Below are positions 19,825-28,263 of a DNA stretch of 64,000 bases, one piece after another. Source of the DNA: Gammaproteobacteria bacterium. Lineage in GTDB: Bacteria > Pseudomonadota > Gammaproteobacteria > Ga0077536. The stretch covers positions 960,001 to 1,024,000 of the forward strand of contig CAXXLL010000002.1 of the NCBI GenBank assembly GCA_963662545.2. Reading direction: 5' to 3'. Every line of letters begins with the position of its first letter. The stretch's first letter is position 1. The notes under the pieces are model-generated. The model was not told where the DNA came from and made no database searches. It was given only the letters and a program-made list of their open reading frames with translations. A program made the position numbers and the translations under genes.

Positions 19825-20407
19825 AACCCAAGCGCTATACCGTCCACGGAAACGGGGCAACTCCAATTCACCAAATAGCCATGGGCTCAAATTAGAATGT
19901 TTTTTTCTAAATCCGGACCACAAATCATCAATTCGAGATATTTCCTTTTCTAGTTCAGTGCTTATTGTCACCTTACGGGAGCGTGCCCTACAGTTCATAG
20001 GCATATTTTCTCGAATAGAAAAAAAGCCTGAATGCATCTCAGCACTGCATGACCGCGCTTCTGCTCTGGACTCTGAATCGGCAGGCCAGCCTTTGCCGTC
20101 TAAGTATTGTTCTGAAATGTACTCGCAAATCGCAAGAGAATCCCATACAACGGTATCTTTATCTTGAAGCACCGGCACTTTACCTGCGGGTGTATATTTC
20201 TCTAATTCGGAGCGAGTACTTTCCGTAAACAATGGGATCCGCACTTCTTCAAAAGAAATATTATTCACGGCAAGTAGTAACCATGGCCGCAATGACCAAG
20301 ACGAATAATTCTTGTTACCTATAAAGAGTTTCAATGTTTCTCCGGGAAATGTAATGCAGCAAGGCGTCGGCCCTAATTCGAATGTTCTACGGCAGTACTC
20401 GCAAAGT

Positions 20408-20716
20408 TCACCGCTGTTCCGAAGGGATATCTTTCACGCCGGCAACAAATTTTGCCAATTTTTCTTTTTCATACGATAGGTGGACCCGCAGCGTCGAGGC
20501 AGGTTGGTGGGCCAGGCTGAGTCCTTGTCGCCTTTCGGTAGTTGGTCGAACCGGTCTCGGCGTGAAACCGCCGCCGCAGTTCGGACATACGTTATTCAGG
20601 ATAGATTCCACGCATGCCGAGCAAAACGTGCATTCATAACTGCAAATGAGAGCGCCAGTCGAAATTGGAGGAAGATCTTTGTCGCAATATTCACAATTCG
20701 GTCGAAGTTTGAGTAT
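20408..20716 (-). CDS. DUF1272-like protein (cassette; start codon probably mutated to ATA)
   Basis: LKLRPNCEYC, ICSYECTFC and CPNCGG; flanked by attC remnants near 20355-20393 and 20743-20820. Confidence 0.75.
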   Translation of the reverse strand: MLKLRPNCEYCDKDLPPISTGALICSYECTFCSACVESILNNVCPNCGGGFTPRPVRPTTERRQGLSLAHQPASTLRVHLSYEKEKLAKFVAGVKDIPSEQR

Positions 20717-20742
20717 TAGATTAATCGCTTTTTTGGCCTGTC

Positions 20743-20820
20743 GTATAACATCTGAGTCGCGCAGCGGCATTTTGGCGGCGCGATCATCTTGAATCGAGCC
20801 GCCGTAATGCCGTACGTTTA
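20743..20820 (-). repeat. Degenerate attC remnant
   Basis: GTATAAC core followed by the hairpin CGGCATTTTGGCGGC...GCCGCCGTAATGCCG. Confidence 0.5.
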
Positions 20821-20975
20821 AAAGAAGGCTTAGGCGACGCCCTTGATTCGACTAAGGGAAGACCTACGCCTTTTCCCATATTGCTAGCGCGCTTGTCGAG
20901 CGGCTCCCCCGCGGGAAACGCCCATCCTCGCGGCGGGATGAACCCGCGCGTCGAAGGATGGGCTGGCGTTAAGCA

Positions 20976-21350
20976 TCAAGCATCATTCATGCAGAAGAAA
21001 TTGAGCTTGTTACCGTCGAGATCGCGGAAATAGCCGATGTAGAAGGCATCGGCGCGCACGCCGGGTGCACCCTCGTCGGTGGCGCCGAGTTCCAATGCCT
21101 TGGCATGCAGGCGATCGACCGCCGTCGGGTTTTCCGCGGCGAGTGCGGTCATCATCCCGTTGCCGATGGTTGCCGGCTTCTCATCGAACGGCTTAATGAC
21201 TACGACCATCGGTTGACCCGGTGCGGTCACCCAGCCGATTAGGCGATCGTTCTCCATTCCGCGCGTCGCGCCAACCTCGCCCAGCAGCGCATCGTAAAAT
21301 TTGCCGGCGCGATCCATATCGTTCGTGCCGAGTGTTATATATGCAATCAT
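20976..21350 (-). CDS. VOC/glyoxalase family protein
   Basis: YITLGTND, GNGMM, GATDEGAPG and YFRDLDGNKL. Confidence 0.88.
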   Translation of the reverse strand: MIAYITLGTNDMDRAGKFYDALLGEVGATRGMENDRLIGWVTAPGQPMVVVIKPFDEKPATIGNGMMTALAAENPTAVDRLHAKALELGATDEGAPGVRADAFYIGYFRDLDGNKLNFFCMNDA

Positions 21351-21396
21351 TACTATTTCTCCATTTGGTTATGGTCAATAGAAGCGGTACTTATTG

Positions 21397-21891
21397 TCAG
21401 GCATCAAATTCTCGCCAGTCAGGGAAATCGATTTTCGTTTCTCGCTGTTTTTCGACGAACGCTATGAATTCGGATGGCATCGTTCCCTGTATCGATTGAA
21501 ATACTTTCCAGCCTCCCGGCGTGTTGTATACAGTCGATATGTCGTACTTGATCCAGAGTTCGTGATGAGTATGCAAACCTTCTTCGCTAAGAAGCGTCCA
21601 GACAGATTTATGATTGTTGATGTATTACGCCATCAAAAACAAAAATCTTGTAGCTTCGTCGTCCGTTAATGATTCAGGGGTGGACATGCCCCTCATTAGG
21701 ATGCCCCCTAGCTTTTCGTCTTGGGCGATCTGAGCATTGATGCTATTCCAGCTTTGATCCAAAGTCGTCAACATCGCGAGTTTGTTCTGTTACCGATTCG
21801 CGCGGAGCTCAAACGCCACGAATAGCAATGTAATAACCGTTGCTATAGCAGCAATCAATTCGGCGAGGCTTCCTATTTCACCAATGCTCAT
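21397..21891 (-). pseudogene. Pseudogene of the repeated uncharacterised cassette family ('family X')
   Basis: MSIGEIGSLAELIAAIATVITLLFVAFELRANR*...EATRFLFLMA*...TPGGWK; TAA at 21790-21792 and 21625-21627. Confidence 0.82.
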
Positions 21892-21897
21892 TATTGA

Positions 21898-21947
21898 TGT
21901 CTAAAGGCGCCGCTGTTTGACGTCCGGGTTGATCCGGAGGTGAGGTG
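21898..21947 (-). repeat. Internally deleted attC remnant
   Basis: GCTGTTTGACGTCCGGGTTGATCCGGAGGTGAGGT resembles the right half of the local attC consensus. Confidence 0.6.
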
Positions 21948-21982
21948 TATATTTTTTCATTGAGCCCGCCGCGTTGTCTCAA

Positions 21983-22347
21983 TCATAAGGGATTCTTGTT
22001 GCGCCACGTCGGTATAAAAATCACGAATATGCGAAGAACAATGGCGATCAATGGGCACGCCACTAAAATTATGATGCTAAGAAAGACACGAGCGAGGTCA
22101 CTTCCATGCTGGAAACGTTCGTCTCGATCCGCTTGCCATGCTTTGTAGCAGTGTTTATGACCGTCGATTGGGGAAAACGCAAAATCAATAACGGTTTCGA
22201 GTGCTTTCCAATAGAGTTGAGCTCGGCGGGCGTTCACTGAGAAGAATCCTACGCGGGCGGAAATCGTTGCATCGGGGTGTCCGCCCGCAATAGCATTACC
22301 AAGTTGATCAATCGCAATCAGAATTGCGAGTGGCCAATTTTCGTACT
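21983..22347 (-). pseudogene. 5'-truncated hypothetical membrane protein (cassette)
   Basis: IAIDQLGNAIAGG..D.TISARVG; the 5' end is fused directly to an attC half-site. Confidence 0.65.
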
Positions 22348-22381
22348 GCTGTAACACGTCCGGTTGCTCTACAAGTTAGGC
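22348..22381 (-). repeat. attC half-site
   Basis: GCTGTAACACGTCCGGTTGCTCTACAAGTTAGGC matches the R''/L'' half of the attC family. Confidence 0.78.
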
Positions 22382-22424
22382 GGGCGTTGCATTTCAAACG
22401 TGCACTCAGCCGGCGTTCGTGTGC

Positions 22425-23165
22425 CTAAATACTCATAACGCCACGTTGTGGCTCAGGCCTGAAAAACGTCTTTGGTGCTATCGGGGCGGCAAGCTCCCGA
22501 AGCGCGTCCCGTTGTTTCGGAATTGGAGTACGAATTGAGATATCTTCGAATTCACGAAGCTTTGTAAAGCTTGGAAGATCCAATAGTCTGTTAACGAACG
22601 AAGCTGTTATTGGAAATTTGAACATATCCAGTTTTGTTCTGGCCAATGAGATATTGCGAAAAAACGAGGCAATCGCAATATCCGCTAAGGAAATCTCACC
22701 AAACAGAAAGCCGTGCTCCGGCAGCACGGATTCCAAATAGGTGAGTATTCTGGGGATATCTACTTCTAGCGTAGTCTTTAGTACGGTTGGGTCCTTTTCT
22801 TCGCCCCAAACAGATCGCCTTATGACGAGTTGATTAAAATACCGCCAAATAAAGACCTCGCCGATACGAGAATCTGCGTATTCTTCTAGCCACCTGGCTT
22901 TTGCACGCATTGTCGGGTCATTTGGATATAACGACGGCTCCGGATATCTATCTTCAAGGTACTCGCAAATGACCGTCGAATCCGGAATTGCCAATTCTCC
23001 ATCAATCAGCACGGGTATGCGCCGCACGGGGCTAAGCTTTGTGAATTCGTCATCCCCGTAAAAGGGCACGATCGGATCAATGTCGTAAGGCACGCCCTTA
23101 AGTTCCAAGCACACCAGTACCTTTCGAACATAAGGGGATAGATAAGAACCGATTATCGTCGCCAT
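22425..23165 (-). CDS. Glutathione S-transferase family protein (cassette)
   Basis: SPYVRKV, SPVRRIPVL, DSTVICEYL and SLADIA. Confidence 0.88.
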   Translation of the reverse strand: MATIIGSYLSPYVRKVLVCLELKGVPYDIDPIVPFYGDDEFTKLSPVRRIPVLIDGELAIPDSTVICEYLEDRYPEPSLYPNDPTMRAKARWLEEYADSRIGEVFIWRYFNQLVIRRSVWGEEKDPTVLKTTLEVDIPRILTYLESVLPEHGFLFGEISLADIAIASFFRNISLARTKLDMFKFPITASFVNRLLDLPSFTKLREFEDISIRTPIPKQRDALRELAAPIAPKTFFRPEPQRGVMSI

Positions 23166-23239
23166 TTGGAATTCCAGTCGTCTGGATCGTTAAGTGGATG
23201 TTGCACTTCTCTCGGATATTTACGTGAATGTTTCAAGTG

Positions 23240-23428
23240 TCATTTTGGTTCATCTACGCCTAGATCCCGAAATATCTTCCGAGCCAAATGATCGTTGATT
23301 TCTCGATGGCGTGGAACCGCGGAACGCCTATTGTGGGAGGGATTGTGCTACCAGGAATGGCGACCGCCTTCCCGTAGCAATTCGCAACCAGATGATTCGA
23401 GGTGTCGAATCAGATTGCGGCGCTTCAT
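23240..23428 (-). pseudogene. hicA: HicA toxin pseudogene
   Basis: MKRRNLIRHL...REGGRHSW*HNP...VPRHREI; TAG at 23348-23350. Confidence 0.85.
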
Positions 23429-23637
23429 ACGCCGATCTCAAGTTCCTCGTAGTCGTCCCCTGCGGCTGTAATCGCGTCCGAGCGATTAAATTCCAAAGCT
23501 TCGCGCAGGGTTACCTTCAACGACTTCACCAATTCCTCTCGAGTCGTTTCCTGGCAATTGACTCCGGGCACTTCTTGAACCCAGCCGATCCACCATCCGG
23601 CATCTTCCTTAATGACTGCTGTGTAGCTCGTATTCAT
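23425..23637 (-). CDS. hicB: HicB-like antitoxin
   Basis: YTAVIKEDAGWWIGWVQEVPGVNCQETTREEL; overlaps the hicA start. Confidence 0.85.
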   Translation of the reverse strand: MNTSYTAVIKEDAGWWIGWVQEVPGVNCQETTREELVKSLKVTLREALEFNRSDAITAAGDDYEELEIGV

Positions 23638-23667
23638 CCCAATAGTCTAGCTCACGATTCTTTTGTC

Positions 23668-23775
23668 ACCTAACGTTGGGATAACCTGCAGATTACAGCG
23701 CACTTTGGAGATGTGAGAATACCGGCACGGCGGAAAAGTGCGCTGTATGCTGGCAGGTTGATCCCGTTGTTAGGT
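23668..23775 (-). repeat. attC site (divergent family member)
   Basis: ACCTAAC...GGATAACC...GGTTGATCC...GTTAGGT with an internal stem. Confidence 0.88.
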
Positions 23776-23835
23776 GTATTTTTGATATTCTCTATTTCCT
23801 CTTAGTAACGATCGAAAGCTACGCCGCACAAATTA

Positions 23836-24072
23836 TCAATCCTCTGGTAAGGCGTCGAATTCCTTTTTTTTATTCTCGAACCATTCATTCATCGCGTCGG
23901 GCTTTTGCATAAGGTCTCGCATTTCCTTCATCGCTTTCAGATGGGCTTCATCTTCGCGTTCATACATTTCCATTCCATGTTGTTTGCTCATTTCGGCGAT
24001 TTCGTCGTAAGAGTTGGCTTGAAATTCCGTTTCGCATGCTCCGCCTAGTTGCCTGCAATTCATTGTTTTCAT
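23836..24072 (-). CDS. DUF1059-like small protein (cassette)
   Basis: MKTMNCRQLGGAC..EF.A...EI..MSKQHG; AAGGAGG RBS. Confidence 0.75.
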   Translation of the reverse strand: MKTMNCRQLGGACETEFQANSYDEIAEMSKQHGMEMYEREDEAHLKAMKEMRDLMQKPDAMNEWFENKKKEFDALPED

Positions 24073-24085
24073 TCTTCTGCCTCCT

Positions 24086-24172
24086 TAAGTTCAGCCGCGC
24101 TTGACGGCGGGTGACCGGAGCGGAAGCGCAGGGAGCTCGCGGTCAAGCGTCGGCTGCAACTTTTTGTTCGGT
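24086..24172 (-). repeat. attC site of a different family, lacking its R' box
   Basis: Minus strand ACCGAAC-AAAAA-GTTGCAGCCGACGCTTGAC...GTCAAGCGCGGCTGAACTT with no GTT core after it. Confidence 0.7.
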
Positions 24173-24196
24173 GAATGTTGCATTTCAGTCGTGAAT

Positions 24197-24472
24197 TCAG
24201 GTGCGTTTTTCGACGAGTTTGCCGGCTACATATTTGTGAAGCACGCTCGCCACAAGAGTTTGGTACGGAATGCCTTCTTGTAGAGCACGAGCTTGCAAAG
24301 CTCGGAGATCCCTCGATGAGAGGTGAATATTTATCCGCGTGTCTTTCTTGAACGTGGCTTGGGCATACTCTTTATGACATTCGATTTCCTTGCCGCTGCC
24401 TTTTGATTTTCTGAGCTTTCCTGCATCAAAAGCGTTAAGGATTTCCTTCTCTTTTTTATCGAGCTTACTCAT
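24197..24472 (-). CDS. CopG/RHH antitoxin
   Basis: KKDTRINIHLS..DL..LQARALQEGIPYQTL..SVLHKY. Confidence 0.85.
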   Translation of the reverse strand: MSKLDKKEKEILNAFDAGKLRKSKGSGKEIECHKEYAQATFKKDTRINIHLSSRDLRALQARALQEGIPYQTLVASVLHKYVAGKLVEKRT

Positions 24473-24648
24473 CTGAATTCCCAACATATTGTTTCGTTGC
24501 TTTACGACTCGGAATAATTGTCTTTAGGAAGATCTCATCTTCGTCTTCGATGAACGGAACCAGATACGCGTAGTCTTCGATAATTACAACGGAGATCTTC
24601 TGCCCCGGGTAGCTTCGCTGATTCGGGTGATTGAGGATCGCGACTTCG
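24465..24648 (-). pseudogene. 5'-truncated BrnT-like toxin
   Basis: HPNQ..YPGQ...YAYLVPF......FLKTIIPSRKATK C-terminal half only; fused to an attC half-site. Confidence 0.8.
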
Positions 24649-24696
24649 TTACAAAAAGCGAGCCTGTAAGCGGTCAGGTTGATCCGCTGGTTAGGT
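24649..24696 (-). repeat. attC half-site
   Basis: CTGTAAGCGGTCAGGTTGATCCGCTGGTTAGGT; the left half is deleted. Confidence 0.75.
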
Positions 24697-25080
24697 GTTC
24701 GTATCGCCATGGGTACGCACATAAGAAAAATACCAGAGAGCAGCGAGAAAAATGGCGACCATCGACAGAGTAGTTCCCCATATCATGGCGGGCATAAACC
24801 AAGCAGGGTCCGCTAATGCCTTATGCCATTTTAAACCGGAGCCCATTTGATCGCGAATGGCGGCGACGTTCGCAAGGTTTCGGTTTGTCCCAGTAATTAT
24901 AACTACGGATGAAATTGCATAGATCCAAACTACCGCTCGTGCTAATCCACTAGGAAGCGATTTTCCTGCAAAGTACCCGACAGCCAGTAGCGCCGAAGTT
25001 ACTGATATGAAATTCATAAAGTACGTCATGACAGCGCTCGTCTGCGCCAAAAACAGATCAGCTAACTCGTAATCACTCAT
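24691..25080 (-). CDS. Hypothetical membrane protein with about 3 TM segments (cassette)
   Basis: Three hydrophobic segments; stop codon lies inside the R'' box. Confidence 0.75.
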   Translation of the reverse strand: MSDYELADLFLAQTSAVMTYFMNFISVTSALLAVGYFAGKSLPSGLARAVVWIYAISSVVIITGTNRNLANVAAIRDQMGSGLKWHKALADPAWFMPAMIWGTTLSMVAIFLAALWYFSYVRTHGDTNT

Positions 25081-25094
25081 ACTTTTACTTGAAC

Positions 25095-25354
25095 ACCTAA
25101 CGAGGTTGTAGGAAAAGCCCCACAGACTGAAAATGTGCCAAATTCGGGGGTCTCGATACCATTACCCTAACCGAGATCGTCGCTTACAGAGCGTCGGACG
25201 AGGCCGAATTTCTGAGCGATTATTCGCAACGACTTATCCTACAACCTCAACGCTAGGATAACCGGCGTGTTACAGCAGGCTCCTTTGTGGCGAAAATGCG
25301 CAGGCGCCCCAAAGGAGCCTGCTGTAACACGTCCGGTTGATCCACTGGTTAGGT
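25095..25354 (-). repeat. attC site interrupted by a MITE
   Basis: ACCTAAC (25095-25101), then the 147-bp insert, then AACGCTAGGATAACC...GTTAGGT. Confidence 0.9.
25102..25248. mobile_element. 147-bp MITE
   Basis: 16-bp TIRs GAGGTTGTAGGA(A/T)AAG and a 3-bp AAC target duplication; no ORF. Confidence 0.88.
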
Positions 25355-25355
25355 T

Positions 25356-25649
25356 TCATTTTTGAGGCTTCCGCCAGTAGTTCGGCTCAAGATGAAGGTG
25401 AGCAACGGCAACAATGAGAATTTCTTCGTCAGTTACTTCGTAGATTAACCCGTATTTGAATCGGCGGGTCCTGCACCGGCGGGTGTTTTCGCTGAGCGGC
25501 GCCTAAGCAATCGGGTGTCGTTCTATCCGTTTTGTCGTAGCGCGTACTTCTTCTAGAAACTCTTGACCGAGACCGTCACGCTGATCATTTAGGTACTCAA
25601 TGGCATCTCGGAGTTCTGCGCGAGCCGGATCTAGAAAGCGAACTTTCAA
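25356..25649 (-). pseudogene. RelE/ParE-family toxin pseudogene
   Basis: MKVRFLDPARAEL...GLGQEF...HPIA*AP...RRFKYGLIY...VAVAH; TAG at 25503-25505. Confidence 0.87.
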
Positions 25650-25867
25650 GCGCCTTCCAGATTCGCAAACACTTCATCCGACGAATACGCTTGGATTTCG
25701 CCTGCACGGTAAGCGCGGAGTCGATCTTCCGCCTCCTTCGCCCACAATGCGTCAATGTTCGGGGCAGGTTTGTCGAAGCTGTTCAACAATTCCTCAACCA
25801 GGCCGACGCGCTCGTTAGGCGAAAGACCAAGCGCTTCTCGATAAAGCTTTTTTGCATTCTCAGTCAC
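25646..25867 (-). CDS. Addiction-module antitoxin component
   Basis: ALGLSPNER..LVEELL.S......IDALWAKEAEDR; coupled to the ParE-like gene. Confidence 0.83.
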   Translation of the reverse strand: MTENAKKLYREALGLSPNERVGLVEELLNSFDKPAPNIDALWAKEAEDRLRAYRAGEIQAYSSDEVFANLEGA

Positions 25868-25920
25868 AGGATTTCTCTTCCACGTCCGATAATATAAGTA
25901 TAGACCGGAGTCGAAATGAG

Positions 25921-25939
25921 ACCTAACAGTTAATTAGGG
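25921..25939 (-). other. attI-like or collapsed recombination site within the array
   Basis: ACCTAACAGTTA is identical to the 12 bp at the attI (36113-36124); no attC hairpin here. Confidence 0.6.
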
Positions 25940-26013
25940 AGTGTTGCACTTCACTTGGAAATCTAAGTGTCTCTACTTCGCAGCAAGGACCTTCGGACAG
26001 GGATACGACGCTC

Positions 26014-26622
26014 TCAGACAGATGCATTCTTAGTTTTGACTATCTGTGTTCCCATTAAACGATCGATGAGCCGAACAACCGGTTTGCGTAAAAACACGCC
26101 CACGATAATAGGCCCGACAAACGCGCCAAGCAGAAACCACAGGTTCGATCGAGCGTATTTGAGCGGATATATTTCGTTATTACGTACTCGATATTCAGAA
26201 AGCGATGACCAAGGCGTGTCTCCAACCATAAATACCTGGACGATCTGGCTTTCGTCGCTTTCAGGGAGTACTGAGATGGTCGCACTAGTCTCTCCTCGAC
26301 TCCAATTGCGGGAGGGCGGGTGCTCAGGCAATAAATACTGCACATTGCGGAAGTTCTCTTCGGCCAAATCGGCTCCATATCGATATACATGCGTATCGGA
26401 AGCTTCCTCACCATATTCGGCTATGAATGCGATGTACATCTGGGACGTTTCGTTCGGTTCAACGTCATCGAGGAACCACTTGGCGCTACTATAGTACGCC
26501 GTCCCCGGGCCTACACACGAGCCGATAAACAGCGCGGATAGCACGACGAGTTTTAGGCAGCCGGCAACGAATCGCTTTACGAACCCAATGACTTCTTCCG
26601 ACATTTCTTGCTTCTCAATCAC
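26014..26622 (-). CDS. Hypothetical protein with 2 TM segments (cassette)
   Basis: Hydrophobic N- and C-terminal segments around a soluble domain; low GC. Confidence 0.7.
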   Translation of the reverse strand: MIEKQEMSEEVIGFVKRFVAGCLKLVVLSALFIGSCVGPGTAYYSSAKWFLDDVEPNETSQMYIAFIAEYGEEASDTHVYRYGADLAEENFRNVQYLLPEHPPSRNWSRGETSATISVLPESDESQIVQVFMVGDTPWSSLSEYRVRNNEIYPLKYARSNLWFLLGAFVGPIIVGVFLRKPVVRLIDRLMGTQIVKTKNASV

Positions 26623-26661
26623 TATGTGCGTATCTGAGAGTTTGTCTGCCGGACACTGGAG

Positions 26662-27546
26662 TTACCCAAGAACCGTAGACACGTTCATGGGATTAGGTTG
26701 TAACTCGTAGTTATCGGGGCTGAGATAGCCGAGCGCCGAGTGCCGGCGTTGGCGGTTGTAGAAGATCTCGATGTATTCAAACAGGCCGGCACGGAGTTCA
26801 TCGACCGTGCGGTAGTTCTCCGGATAGATGAGTTCGACCTTCAGGCGGCTGAAGAAGGACTCCATGACGGCGTTGTCCCAGCAGTTCCCCTTGCGGCTCA
26901 TACTCGGTTGAATACCGGAGTCCGTCAATAGTTGTTGGTATTCGTTGCCGCGGTACTGCACGCCACGGTCGGAGTGCAGCAGCAGCCCTTCAGAGATATC
27001 CCGGCGAGACACCGCCATCGTCAGTGCATCGACGATGAGCGTTTCGCGCATGTGGGGCTCAAGTGTCCAGCCGACAATCTTGCGCGAATACAGGTCCAGC
27101 ACCGCAGCGAGATAAGCCCAGGTGCGACCGACCTTGATATAGGTAATGTCAGAGACCCATTTGCGATTCGGCCCGTCGGTGGTGAAGTTCCGGTCGAGCA
27201 GGTTGTCTTTGACCTGCGTCATCGATTCGACCCGCTTCTCGTAGCGGAAGCCTTTGCCGTTCAAGGCCCGCAACTGCAGCGAACGCAGCAATTTGGCCAC
27301 ATAATTTTTGCTGCACGGCACACCGTCTTCAACCAATTCCTTCGTCAGACGCGGCGCCCCATAACGCCGTTTGAAGCGGTAATACAGATAGCTCAGTACC
27401 TGCCGCATCTGCTCACGTCGCCTGGCCTGCTCACTCAGCGGCCGCTTCAGCCAGGCATAAAAGCCCGACCGCGACACCTCTAACACCCGACACATCAGCG
27501 TCACCGGATAGGCACCCCGGTTCTCTGCGATTAAGGCGTACTTCAC
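26662..27546 (-). CDS. IS3 transposase OrfB
   Basis: WVSDITY, HSDRGVQY and CWDNAVMESFF. Confidence 0.93.
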   Translation of the reverse strand: MKYALIAENRGAYPVTLMCRVLEVSRSGFYAWLKRPLSEQARRREQMRQVLSYLYYRFKRRYGAPRLTKELVEDGVPCSKNYVAKLLRSLQLRALNGKGFRYEKRVESMTQVKDNLLDRNFTTDGPNRKWVSDITYIKVGRTWAYLAAVLDLYSRKIVGWTLEPHMRETLIVDALTMAVSRRDISEGLLLHSDRGVQYRGNEYQQLLTDSGIQPSMSRKGNCWDNAVMESFFSRLKVELIYPENYRTVDELRAGLFEYIEIFYNRQRRHSALGYLSPDNYELQPNPMNVSTVLG

Positions 27547-27854
27547 TTGTCGGGGTTGGCAAAGTACGCCGTCGCTTTTTTTAGGAAATCTCGCTCCTGC
27601 TCGAGCTCCGCTACCTTCCTCTTCAGGCGACGGATCTCGGTTTTCTCTTCTTTCGAATAATCTGTGCCGTCCGCCAGCTTGAACTGCTTGTTCGACAGAT
27701 TGTTGAACTGGGCGCGCCAGTTGTAGATCTGACCGGGATGGAGCCCGAGTTCTTTCGCCACCTCGGTCGCCGTACGACCGGGTTGATCAGCTAGGCGAAC
27801 CGCTTCTTGACGGAACGATTCCGGATACGACTGCGTTTTCTTCTTTCTCGGCAT
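27543..27854 (-). CDS. IS3 transposase OrfA
   Basis: HTH; ERDFLKKATAYFA containing an A7G slippery site. Confidence 0.9.
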   Translation of the reverse strand: MPRKKKTQSYPESFRQEAVRLADQPGRTATEVAKELGLHPGQIYNWRAQFNNLSNKQFKLADGTDYSKEEKTEIRRLKRKVAELEQERDFLKKATAYFANPDK

Positions 27855-27921
27855 CGTGACACTTCCAATTGCATCTTAGTACGATGCATTAGGGTGTCTA
27901 CTTTTCGTGGGTAACTCGGGA

Positions 27922-28031
27922 ACCTAACGCAAAGTTAACCGGCGTGTTACAGCCAGCTCCTTTGGGGCGAAAATGCGGAGCCGCCCCAAAGGAGCTGGCT
28001 GTAACACGTCCGGTTCAACGCCTTGTTAGAG
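27922..28031 (-). repeat. attC site
   Basis: 110 bp, ACCTAAC...GTTAGAG, family consensus. Confidence 0.93.
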
Positions 28032-28263
28032 GGCGCTTATATCGCTCGACGTACGAATCGAGAAGACGCCGAATCATTTTCTGATAAGGCGTGTTGCGTC
28101 TCTCGGCCTCGCCTTTGAAGAAATCGACGCTCGATTTACTTAACGAGATCGTGACCTTAACGGTCTCATCTCGGAAAGCAAGTTCGTCTGGCGAGGGCAA
28201 GAAGTCCTCGATGACTTCGATGTCCCCTATAGGTTCATCGGTGTACTTTATTTTCGCGCTCAT
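28015..28263 (-). CDS. CopG/BrnA-like antitoxin
   Basis: DFLPSPDEL...TVKVTISLSK.SVDFFK......PYQKMIRRLLD. Confidence 0.85.
   Translation of the reverse strand: MSAKIKYTDEPIGDIEVIEDFLPSPDELAFRDETVKVTISLSKSSVDFFKGEAERRNTPYQKMIRRLLDSYVERYKRPLTRR

Larger units (their letters stand above)
18617..19865 (+). mobile_element. IS3-family insertion sequence
   Basis: TG...CA ends (TGGAGTTGACCCGCTTTCGTGGA / TCCACGGAAACGGGGCAACTCCA); 3-bp ATT duplication. Confidence 0.93.
18432..20334 (-). pseudogene. Glutathione S-transferase interrupted by an IS3 element (probable distal cassette gene)
   Basis: GNKNYSSWSLRPW...WLFGE | FSIADCMFAPV joins in frame after removing the IS and one ATT copy; AT-rich. Confidence 0.9.
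26657..27917 (-). mobile_element. IS3-family insertion sequence
   Basis: IRs TGGAGTTACCCAAGAACCGTAGACAC / GTGTCTACTTTTCGTGGGTAACTC; terminal CA missing on the right; no TSD seen. Confidence 0.9.

Noticed and set aside
20915-20975. Hairpin after the VOC gene as a complete attC
   Set aside because: A GCTTAAC and a stem are present, but L boxes and a convincing R' are not; it could be a terminator or a remnant, so it was not listed as a feature.
22348-24722. ORF-track starts at 22357 and 24722 (also 20770 and 2666)
   Set aside because: These starts lie in attC remnants, a neighbouring cassette or an IS end, so they are fortuitous extensions of truncated or shorter genes.
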